Positions 1-7,757 of a DNA stretch of 64,000 nt are shown here, in pieces. The notes beneath the pieces were generated by a model. That model was not told the origin of the DNA, did not search any database, and saw nothing but the letters and a program-made list of their open reading frames with translations. A program made the translations under genes and the position numbers. Source of the stretch: Polyangiales bacterium (GTDB taxonomy: Bacteria; Myxococcota_A; Polyangia; Polyangiales; JADJQN01); the NCBI GenBank assembly GCA_964202905.1, contig CAXNJO010000002.1:288001-352000 (forward strand), written 5' to 3'. Every line of letters begins with the position of its first letter. The stretch's first letter is position 1.

Positions 1-1098
1 GCTCGGAAGCTCCCTCTGCGTGGGCGACGCGCGCCCCGCGACCCGCGTCGGAGCCCCGCCGAGCGGCGCGCGCTTGCCGACGGCGGTCCGCGTCGACGGC
101 GGCTCCGCGGCGGTTTGCGGCTCGACGCCGCGCGTCAGGAGTTCAGCGTTGCGCTGCAGGTCCTCCGGGAAGAGTTCTTGCATCAGCGCAGCGACGCGCG
201 ACGCCGTGAACGACGGCGACGTCGCGTAGAGCAGCTGCACGAGCGCCTGCGCCATCTCGTGCGCGCTCTGGAAACGCCGTTCCGGCTCGCGCGCGAGCGC
301 CCGCATCACGACCGCCGAGAGCGCCGGGGGAATGTCCGCGCGGCGACGCTCCGGCGGCGCGATGTCCGCCTTGCGCACGCGGTCGAGCAGCGCGGGGATG
401 CTGTCCTCGCGGTACAGCATCTCGCCGATGAGCAGCTCGTAGAGGACGATGCCCGCAGAGAAGATGTCGGAGCGATGGTCCATGGGATCGCCCCACGCCT
501 GCTCCGGGCTCATGTAGTAGTACTTCCCCTTGATCACGCCGGCCTCGGTCTGCCCTGAGCGCAGCGCGGCCTTCGCGATCCCGAAGTCGACGATCTTGAC
601 CTCGCCGTGGAAGCTCACGAGCACGTTCTGCGGCGAGATGTCCCGGTGGACGATGCCGAGCGGGCGTCCCTCCGCGTCGCGCTTGCGGTGCGCGTGGTCG
701 AGGCCGTGGCAGACGCCGGCTGCGAGGAACATGCAGACGTCGAGCGGCAACGTCACGCCGAGCGAGCCGGCCTTGCGCAGGAGCCGCCAGGCGTCCGCGC
801 CCTCGATGTACTCCAGCGCGATGTAGTACGTCCCGTCGACGACGCCGAGGTCGAAGATCTGGCCAATGTTCACGTGCGTGAGGAGGACGGCGATCTTCGC
901 CTCCTCGACGAGAAGCTCCGTGAAGTGCGGGTCCTCCGAGAAGCGCGGGTGGATCACCTTGATCGCGACGAGCTTCTCGAAGCCGCCGACCCCGCGCGCG
1001 CGAGCGACGTAGACCTCCGCCATGCCGCCGACGGCGAGCCGGCGCAACAGCAGGTAGGGCCCGAATGGGCGCGGCAGATCGTGCGCGTCGTGGCTCAT
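1..1098 (-). CDS. Ser/Thr protein kinase (Pkn2/Hanks type), 3' end runs off the window; not in ORF track
   Basis: Manual translation from ATG 1098: MSHDAHDLPRPFGPYLLLRRLAVGGMAEVY...VAIKVIHP...HRDISPQNVLV...VKIVDFGIAK...GKYYYMSPEQ...DHRSDIFSAG; core kinase motifs present. Confidence 0.93.
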   Translation of the reverse strand, partial: MSHDAHDLPRPFGPYLLLRRLAVGGMAEVYVARARGVGGFEKLVAIKVIHPRFSEDPHFTELLVEEAKIAVLLTHVNIGQIFDLGVVDGTYYIALEYIEGADAWRLLRKAGSLGVTLPLDVCMFLAAGVCHGLDHAHRKRDAEGRPLGIVHRDISPQNVLVSFHGEVKIVDFGIAKAALRSGQTEAGVIKGKYYYMSPEQAWGDPMDHRSDIFSAGIVLYELLIGEMLYREDSIPALLDRVRKADIAPPERRRADIPPALSAVVMRALAREPERRFQSAHEMAQALVQLLYATSPSFTASRVAALMQELFPEDLQRNAELLTRGVEPQTAAEPPSTRTAVGKRAPLGGAPTRVAGRASPTQRELPS

Positions 1099-1276
1099 CG
1101 CCGCCGCCCCCCCCCGCTCACCGCCGGTCGCGCACGTCGGGCCATGGACTTCGGCATGGTAACGGGGTGCGGCCCCGAGCGTAAAGAAGCGCGCGGGTGG
1201 CGCTTGCCCGCCGCTCTGCCTTCGCGCAACCTCGCCGCGCCGTCGCGGAGCCCGCGCGGCGGGAGGACCTGACGCG

Positions 1277-1804
1277 ATGACCGCCGAACCCCGGGACGCC
1301 GCTGACGGCCTCCGCCCGCGAGTGAGCGCCGCCATGCTGCGCGAGATCGGCCTCTTCGGTGGGCTCGACGAGGGGACCCTCGTGCTCCTGGCGCGCGAGC
1401 TCCCCACCCAGCACGCGGACGCGGGCGCCGTCGTCGTCCGCGAGGGCGATCAGGCGCGCGAGATGTACGTCGTGGTCGCCGGCGAGCTCGAGGTCGTCAA
1501 GCACGGTCGCGGCGGCGACGTGCGGGTTGCGCTGCTCGGGTCGGGCGACTGGTTCGGCGAGATGGCGATCCTCGACGTCCAGCCCCGCTCGGCGACGGTG
1601 CGCGCGGTGGCGCCGACGATGCTGGTGCGCATGAGCGCCGAGCATGTCGACCAGCTGCTCTACCGCCGCGACGTGAAGGCCCATGCGCTGCTCGTGATGA
1701 ACATCGCGCGCGAGTTGTCGCGACGCCTGCGCGTCGCCGACGGCATCCTCTCGCAGATGTTCCCGGCCGTCGCCGACGAGTACGTGCGACAGACCCGCCG
1801 CTGA
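1277..1804 (+). CDS. Stand-alone cyclic-nucleotide-binding (cNMP/CAP_ED) domain protein
   Basis: VVREGDQAREMYVVVAGELEV...GDWFGEMAILDVQPRSATVRA phosphate-binding cassette; GGAGG SD; no C-terminal HTH. Confidence 0.88.
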   Translation: MTAEPRDAADGLRPRVSAAMLREIGLFGGLDEGTLVLLARELPTQHADAGAVVVREGDQAREMYVVVAGELEVVKHGRGGDVRVALLGSGDWFGEMAILDVQPRSATVRAVAPTMLVRMSAEHVDQLLYRRDVKAHALLVMNIARELSRRLRVADGILSQMFPAVADEYVRQTRR

Positions 1805-1922
1805 GCGCCGCCCAGCGAGACCTCGCCGCGCGCCCTGGGGGCCGACGCACCGCGCGCACGCCCGGCCCGCTCTCCCCCACACACGTCGGTGCATGCGCGC
1901 GACCATCGTGAGGCGCGCGGGT

Positions 1923-2798
1923 TCAGCCGGCGGCCGGCGGCTCCGTCATCGCCGCCTTCCGCTCCTCTTCGCGATCCTTGTAGCTCTCGAGGATGATGGT
2001 GGCCGTCTCCTCGATCGCGCGGCCGCTCACGTCGATGACCATCCACTCCGGGTGCTCGCGGAAGAGATCGTTCGCGTATTCGAGCTCGGCGCGGACGTGC
2101 TCACGGAGGCCGTAGTTCGTCTCGGCGGGCATGCCGAGTTGCACGAGCCGCGCGCGACGGATTTCGAGGAGTTTGTCGATGCCGACGGTGAGCCCGACGA
2201 CGCGATCGGGCGGGACCTCGAAGAGCTCGTTCGGCGGCGGCACGCCGAGCACGAGCGGCACGTTCGCGACACGCAGCCCGCGCCCCGCGAGGTACGTGGA
2301 GAGCGGAGTCTTGCTGGTGCGCGAGACGCCCGCGAGCACGAGGTCGGCCTTGCGGAGGTTGCGCGGCTCCTTTCCGTCGTCGCTCTTGACCGCGAACTCG
2401 ATCGCCTCGACGCGGCGGAAGTACTCCTCGCTGAGGGGCATCGACGCGCTCGGGATGTTGATGGGCGAGGCGTCGAGGAACGTGCCGACCTTCGCGATGA
2501 TCGCGCCGATGACGTCGACCGCCTCGACGTGGTGCTGCCGCGCGAGGGCGTGGAACACCTCGCGCTGCTCGGGCGACACCAGCGTGAACACGACGAGCGC
2601 GCCAGCCTCTCCGGCCTTTTGGAGCACGTCCGCGACCGCGTCGCGATCACGCACACGCGTGAAGAGGCGCAACCGCACCTTGTGGCTCGGGAACTGGAGG
2701 AGCGACGCGCGCACGACCCGCTCGGCCGTCTCACCGGTGGAGTCGCTGACGACGAAGATCGAGCGCTGCTGCGCAGCGGCGGCCTGAATGGGGTTCAT
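1923..2798 (-). CDS. ppsR: PEP synthase / pyruvate,phosphate dikinase regulatory protein (PSRP/PDRP, DUF299)
   Basis: IFVVSDSTGETAE, EEYFRRVEAIEFAVKSDDGK, GVSRTSKTPLSTYLA, RAIEETA signatures; start taken at ATG 2798 (MNPIQ). Confidence 0.93.
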   Translation of the reverse strand: MNPIQAAAAQQRSIFVVSDSTGETAERVVRASLLQFPSHKVRLRLFTRVRDRDAVADVLQKAGEAGALVVFTLVSPEQREVFHALARQHHVEAVDVIGAIIAKVGTFLDASPINIPSASMPLSEEYFRRVEAIEFAVKSDDGKEPRNLRKADLVLAGVSRTSKTPLSTYLAGRGLRVANVPLVLGVPPPNELFEVPPDRVVGLTVGIDKLLEIRRARLVQLGMPAETNYGLREHVRAELEYANDLFREHPEWMVIDVSGRAIEETATIILESYKDREEERKAAMTEPPAAG

Positions 2799-3020
2799 CG
2801 GCGGGGACGCTAGCACGGGGCGCGGCGAGGACGGCGGCGCGACGACATCGGCGCTCCTCGGTCCGCGGGCGCGCGCGGGGGCGGTGTCCTTCTGCGCTGC
2901 GAACGTCAGCGCCGTGAGGCCGGCACCGTGGAGGGCTGCGAGGCGCGGCCAGACCTCGCCGCATGCGGAGCGCGCGCCGCGGATGCCGGGGCCGCGCGCA
3001 TGCCGACCGCCAGCACGACG

Positions 3021-3052
3021 AAGCCCCGCGACGCCGAGGGCGTGCGGGGCTT
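3021..3052 (-). terminator. Intrinsic-terminator-like hairpin downstream of the small basic ORF
   Basis: Minus strand AAGCCCCGC-ACGCC-CTC-GGCGT-C-GCGGGGCTT followed by CGTCGT. Confidence 0.65.
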
Positions 3053-3105
3053 GGTGCGAGTCACGGGGTGGCGCGGCGAGCGTCACCGCCGCGGGGGCGC
3101 AGCGA

Positions 3106-3240
3106 CTAGAGGCGCTGACCCTGCTTGCGGCCGTGCATGCGGTTCACGCGGCGACGGTTCTTCGCCTTGTGCGCGGCCTTCTTGCGGGACGTGCGGCTGC
3201 GGTCCTTGCTGCGGGGCTTCCTGGTTCCGAAGAGATACAT
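3106..3240 (-). CDS. Small, very basic 44-aa protein (missed by ORF track)
   Basis: MYLFGTRKPRSKDRSRTSRKKAAHKAKNRRRVNRMHGRKQGQRL*; AGGA SD 7 nt before ATG; codons mostly end in G/C; hairpin downstream. Confidence 0.75.
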   Translation of the reverse strand: MYLFGTRKPRSKDRSRTSRKKAAHKAKNRRRVNRMHGRKQGQRL

Positions 3241-3297
3241 GGTGATGTCCTGATGCGTGCTGGGGGAGGGCGTGGCCCGCCTCGAAATAGGAGTCGC

Positions 3298-3326
3298 TCA
3301 ATGACAGAAGGCCCCGGCACCGTCAA
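3298..3326 (-). promoter_or_regulatory. Possible sigma70-type promoter for the small basic ORF
   Basis: TTGACG-N17-CATTGA on the minus strand; the -10 is weak. Confidence 0.4.
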
Positions 3327-3378
3327 GCGCCAGGGCCTTCTCTGTGGGGTGCGCGGGCCGGGCACCGCGCGGTTCACA

Positions 3379-4893
3379 CTACATCAGGGTGCACTCGCCG
3401 AGCGCGGTCGCCGTGGCGCCGTCGCAGCGGTAGCCGGTGTTGCAGTCGGCGTTCGTGGAGCAGCCGGGGAAGCAGTGCTTCGTCGCGTCCGTGTCGCCGG
3501 GGGTGAGGTCCGTGCAGCCGTAGGCGGCGCGGCCCATGTCGGCGCTGCAGTCCGTCGCCGCCGTGCAGGTGCGGAGGCAGATCGAGGTCTCGGCGCTGAG
3601 CGAGACACAGGCGTTGCCCGCGCCGCACGCATCCGCCGGGAGGTTCGAGCAGCCGAGGAGCGAGCAGGTCGCGAGCGCCTCGGAGAAGATGCAGCGCCCG
3701 AGGCCGTACGGCGACCAGCACTGCTCGTCGGCGTCGCGGTCGCCCGGGCCGTCCGGGTCCATGCAGGCCGCGCCGATGTTCTCCGTCGTGATGGGGTTGT
3801 AGTTGCCGGGGAGGCAGCCACCGTTGATCGCTACGGCCGGGGTGCTCGTGCCATCCCAGAAGCAGGCGTAGCCGTCGCGGCAGTCGTCGTCGCCCGCGCC
3901 CGCGCCCGTCGCCGAGTCGCCGACGTCGTCGGCGATCTTGCAGCCCTGCGAGCAGAGGTTCGTGCCGAAGCCGACGTCGAGGCACTTGCCGTCGCCCGCG
4001 CAGCCGACGACGTCGCAGCCGAACTTCGTGCAGTAGCCGCCCTCGAACTGGGTGAGGCAGCGGCCGTCGGCCTCGCACTGGCTGTCACGGCCGCAGGTGG
4101 CGCCTGCCGTCACGCCCGTCGTGCCGGGCTGGGTGCAGCGGCCGGTGGCGGCGTTGCACGTCGCGCCGCCCGCGATGTCGAGCACGAGGCGATCGGGGGA
4201 GGGGCCGCCCATGGGGCCCTCGCGCTCGATCTCGCCGTTCATGTTCGTGTCTTCGCGGTAGAGCTGGCACTCCTGGTCGGCCTGGCAGCCGAAGATGCAG
4301 ACCTTCTCGCCGAAGTCACAGGTGTAGCCGGGGCGGCAGGGGTTCGTCGCCGCGGTCGGCTCGCAGCGCTGGTAACACTGCACGATGTTGTCGCCCATCT
4401 GGTCCGGGCCGATCGAGGTGCACTTCGCGCAGGCGGGGCAGCCGTCCATGCCGGGGGTGTCGTCGTCGGGCGTCGGGTCACACGCGCCGGGCATGCCCTC
4501 GCGCGAGCCGCCGCTGCTGATCACGGCGTTCGTGCAGTAGCCGTCCTGGAAGTAGACGCCGGGGTACGAGGTCGTGCCGCCGTCGGGCAGGTACACGGGC
4601 TCGTCCATCGGGCCGCCCTGCGTGAAGGCGATCTCATCTTGGCAGGAAAGGCTTGCCGGGTTGCAGCCGCGGGCGACGTCGCACGCGCGCCCGATCGCGC
4701 AGGTCGGTCCGCCGCCCAGGTCGGGGCCGCCGGCGTCCGGCGCGCCCGTGTCCGGACGGTTCCCGTCGATGGGGATGATGAAGCCATCGGTGCCGCCGCC
4801 GGCATCCACCGGAGCGCGGTCATCGTCACCGCAACCCACGCCGCCGAGCGCGAGCACCACGAACAGCCCAAGAGAGCTCCACTGCCTGTTCAT
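3379..4893 (-). CDS. Cys-rich secreted lipoprotein (~47 Cys), myxobacterial type
   Basis: MNRQWSSLGLFVVLALGGVG-C-GDDD lipobox; DAG linker; repeated CxxxxxC/CxxGYxC modules; GGAGG SD. Confidence 0.85.
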   Translation of the reverse strand: MNRQWSSLGLFVVLALGGVGCGDDDRAPVDAGGGTDGFIIPIDGNRPDTGAPDAGGPDLGGGPTCAIGRACDVARGCNPASLSCQDEIAFTQGGPMDEPVYLPDGGTTSYPGVYFQDGYCTNAVISSGGSREGMPGACDPTPDDDTPGMDGCPACAKCTSIGPDQMGDNIVQCYQRCEPTAATNPCRPGYTCDFGEKVCIFGCQADQECQLYREDTNMNGEIEREGPMGGPSPDRLVLDIAGGATCNAATGRCTQPGTTGVTAGATCGRDSQCEADGRCLTQFEGGYCTKFGCDVVGCAGDGKCLDVGFGTNLCSQGCKIADDVGDSATGAGAGDDDCRDGYACFWDGTSTPAVAINGGCLPGNYNPITTENIGAACMDPDGPGDRDADEQCWSPYGLGRCIFSEALATCSLLGCSNLPADACGAGNACVSLSAETSICLRTCTAATDCSADMGRAAYGCTDLTPGDTDATKHCFPGCSTNADCNTGYRCDGATATALGECTLM

Positions 4894-4952
4894 CTGCGAA
4901 CCTCCGAATTCGAGGGTGCGGCGACATGGTCGGCCGCGAACACGAGCGACGG

Positions 4953-4982
4953 ACCCTACGGGAGGTGGCGGCACGGTGTCAA
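4953..4982 (-). promoter_or_regulatory. sigma70-type promoter upstream of the Cys-rich lipoprotein
   Basis: TTGACA-N18-TAGGGT on the minus strand. Confidence 0.55.
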
Positions 4983-5268
4983 GGACGGGCGCCCGGACCG
5001 GGCCGGGGCGACCACGCTCGACGACCGGGACGGCCTCGCCGCGGGGAGCCGGTTCGACGGGGCGCCTGCGCGACCCGCGTTGGGGTGAGTAGCACGTCCC
5101 GGGCCGCGGCGCCCCGCGCGCGATTCGACCCGTCGTTGCACCACGGGCCGCCCTCGGTCTGCGACGTGCGCGTCGCGGGTCACGGGCCGGTGTCAGCAAA
5201 TGCACGCGCCCGCTCCGAAGGCCAGGCCGGCAGACCTGCGCCGGGGCCGCGGCGCACTGAATGGCGAT

Positions 5269-5949
5269 TCAGCGGCGGCCCTCTCCGCGGCCGCGCAGGC
5301 GACGCAGCGCCGCGAGGTAGTCGGCGCGGGTGAGCACCCCGGCGTCGATGAGCGCGAGCAGGAGCGCCTCGTGGCGTTGCTCCGGCGTCGCCTCGCCGCC
5401 CGGCACGGCGATCCGCGCGGCGGCCGCGGTGCGCTCGGCGTCGAGGGCGGCGTCGGTGCGGCGCGTCGTCTCGGGCGCGAGGTCGTCGCGGGGGGACGCG
5501 GGCGACGAGGCCCCCGCGCGCTCGGCGCGGCCGTACTGGCGGTCGAGCGTGGCGCGGACCCCGGACAGCGTCGTGACGAGCACGGCGACGTCGAGGCCGG
5601 TGACCTCTTGGACGGCCGCACGCGCCTCGGCGTCGAGCGGGTCGACGAACGCCACGCGCAGCGAAGCCGTGAGCGTGTCGGGCGCGATCGGCACCGCGAG
5701 GTGACGCCGCGCGACGTCCTCCGGCACGAGGTGCGCGACCTCGGCGTCGAGGGTGCGCCCCGCGAGCTCGAGGACGACCGTCCCCATCGCGCGTGCGAGG
5801 GCCTCGGCGAGCGCCTGCTCGTCGACGAGGCCCCGATCGACGAGCACCTCCGCGAGCGGCCGCGACGCGCGCAGGGCCTCGGCGCGCGCCGCGTCGAGCG
5901 ACGCTCGCGGCACGAGTCCCTGCGCGACGAGCAGCCCCGCGAGGTCCAT
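5269..5949 (-). CDS. Stand-alone MshEN / T2SSE N-terminal (GSPII_E_N) domain protein without ATPase
   Basis: LAGLLVAQGLV...LAEVLVDRGLVDEQALAEALA...VPEDVARRHLAVPI...LRVAFVDPLD. Confidence 0.8.
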   Translation of the reverse strand: MDLAGLLVAQGLVPRASLDAARAEALRASRPLAEVLVDRGLVDEQALAEALARAMGTVVLELAGRTLDAEVAHLVPEDVARRHLAVPIAPDTLTASLRVAFVDPLDAEARAAVQEVTGLDVAVLVTTLSGVRATLDRQYGRAERAGASSPASPRDDLAPETTRRTDAALDAERTAAAARIAVPGGEATPEQRHEALLLALIDAGVLTRADYLAALRRLRGRGEGRR

Positions 5950-6031
5950 GCGCCGCCGTTTATACCCGATCGCCCCGCGCCCGCGTGGCGGCACGCGCGG
6001 ACACCGCGCGATTTGCTACCGTGCCCCCGCG

Positions 6032-7726
6032 ATGCGCGTCCCGACCTCCTTGCTCCCGGCCGCTCCGTTCGCGGCCCCCTCGCTCGCCACCCTCTCGCTC
6101 GCCACCCTCTCTCTCGCGGCGCCGTTCATCGTCGCGTGCGGCGGCGCGTCCCCCGCGGCGCCCGCGACCGCGACCGCGCCGACCAGCGCGCCGAGCACAC
6201 AACCCGCGACGGTCGGCAGTGAGACCCCCCCGGGCGAGGCCGGGGCACGCGACGCGGAGCTCGCCGCGCTGCTTACCGAAGTGCTTACACCCCAGCTCTG
6301 CCCGCGGCTGCTCGGGAGTTACGTCGGGCTCCCGGGCGAAGGCGGCGAGACGGGCCCCGCGGCGGGTCGCAACCCGAGCGTCGGGCGCTGGTGGATCCGG
6401 CGCTGCGATGCGCAGATCCGCGACGGGCACCTCGCGCTGACGCTCGGCGGGATGGGCTGGACGTGGGTGGACCGCGAGTCGTCGGGCTTCCGGGTCCGGC
6501 AGTACCTGCTCGTCGACATGGACGCGCAACTCAGCGTCGATCTCGAGGTCGGCTACGACCGGGCGCGCCGCCTCGCGACCCTGTGGATGCGCCCCCCGCA
6601 GGGCGCGGCGGTGAGCGCGCACGTGACGCCGCGCGGCCTCGTCACCGCGGAGGCGACGGGCTTCTTTTCGTCGGTGATCGGCGGTGTCCTCCCGGTCTTC
6701 GGTGCGAGCCCGAGCGAGCTCGCGCGCGCGCAGGTCGCGGAGATCGGCTCGACGACCCTCCGCGAGCGGCTCGGAGGCGGGTTCACGATGACCTACGCGA
6801 TCGATCGCCGGCAGGCGGACTTCATGGTCGGCGCGCTCTCGCGGGGCGAGACCCCGGAGCGCCCCTTCGACGAGCCCACCACGCAGCCGTGGTCGGTGAA
6901 CCAACGTTCGCGCGTATGGCCCGGCGGCCTCGACGTCGTCGGACCGATCGATGCATCGCAGGCCGCGCAGGGCCTCGACATCGAGCTCGAAGAGGGCGAA
7001 GGCGCGGTCGTCCGCACCGTCTGCGCGGAGCCGATGGAGCGCTACTTCGACCAGCGTCTCCAGGCCCCGACGCGCGCCGTCGCGCCGCCGGGCGGTGCGC
7101 CGCTCGTCGAGCTCACGCGCACCGGCGTCGTGCAGCACGTCGTCCTGCCGCGCGCGCCCTGCCCGACCCTGCTGCTCCTCGCGCCACGCAGCGGGAGCGC
7201 CCTCCCCGTGCAGCTCCGCTACCGCGTCGCCCCCGAGGGCTCGGCGCCGCGTCCTGCTGCGATCACGAACCCGACGTCAGCCACCGACGCGCACCCGGGA
7301 ACCGCGCAGTCGCAGTCCCCGGCCCGCCCGCGGCGCGTGCGGATCCAACTCGTCGGGGCGACGGTGAGCGCACAGAACGCCGCCGGGCGTGATTGGGACG
7401 TGGTCGGCGGCGAGGCCGACGTCTACCTCACGACCGCCTCGGTGCCGCTCGCCCGCGAGATCGATCGCACCCCCGTGGACGAGAACGCGAACACCGTCCG
7501 CTGGGATCGCTGGCTCCCCGGCGCCTTCGATCCGCAGGTCGATCTCCCGCTCCGCTTCTCGCTCTTCGACGAGGACGCGACGCTCGACGAGCTGGTCGGC
7601 ACCGTGGACCTCGACGGCGCGTCCCTGCCCGCGACGACGAGCGAGGTCGCGCTGCCCGTCCGCACGACCGGCGCCGTGCCCCGCCAGCTCGGCACGCTGC
7701 GGCTGCGCATCGAGCCTCTGCCTTGA
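6032..7726 (+). CDS. Lipoprotein with C-terminal C2-like domain
   Basis: Lipobox FIVA-C-GG; C-terminus RVRIQLVGA...DWDVVGGEADVYL...RTPVDEN...W...LRFSLFDEDATLDELVGTVDL...GTLRLRIE. Confidence 0.7.
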   Translation: MRVPTSLLPAAPFAAPSLATLSLATLSLAAPFIVACGGASPAAPATATAPTSAPSTQPATVGSETPPGEAGARDAELAALLTEVLTPQLCPRLLGSYVGLPGEGGETGPAAGRNPSVGRWWIRRCDAQIRDGHLALTLGGMGWTWVDRESSGFRVRQYLLVDMDAQLSVDLEVGYDRARRLATLWMRPPQGAAVSAHVTPRGLVTAEATGFFSSVIGGVLPVFGASPSELARAQVAEIGSTTLRERLGGGFTMTYAIDRRQADFMVGALSRGETPERPFDEPTTQPWSVNQRSRVWPGGLDVVGPIDASQAAQGLDIELEEGEGAVVRTVCAEPMERYFDQRLQAPTRAVAPPGGAPLVELTRTGVVQHVVLPRAPCPTLLLLAPRSGSALPVQLRYRVAPEGSAPRPAAITNPTSATDAHPGTAQSQSPARPRRVRIQLVGATVSAQNAAGRDWDVVGGEADVYLTTASVPLAREIDRTPVDENANTVRWDRWLPGAFDPQVDLPLRFSLFDEDATLDELVGTVDLDGASLPATTSEVALPVRTTGAVPRQLGTLRLRIEPLP

Positions 7727-7757
7727 CGCGGCCGCGCGTGCTACATCCGCGGCCGTC

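Noticed and set aside
20..1272. Plus-strand ORFs at the window start, and the many long Arg/Ala/Pro-rich antisense ORFs throughout (e.g. 2788-5088, 20492-23224, 34778-38500)
   Set aside because: Shadow frames of real genes; stops are rare at this GC content and the translations have no family motifs
3083..3301. 72-aa ORF MSDSYFEAGH...
   Set aside because: Overlaps the 44-aa basic ORF, which has the SD, G/C-ending codons and coherent composition
4894..5268. Possible riboswitch/ncRNA in the long intergenic regions (also 2820-3010)
   Set aside because: No recognisable aptamer, tRNA or other conserved RNA motif by eye; an Infernal/Rfam scan would be needed
7723..7747. TTGACG as the -35 element for the S1-like gene
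   Set aside because: Only 13 nt from the -10-like box, and it coincides with the upstream stop codon
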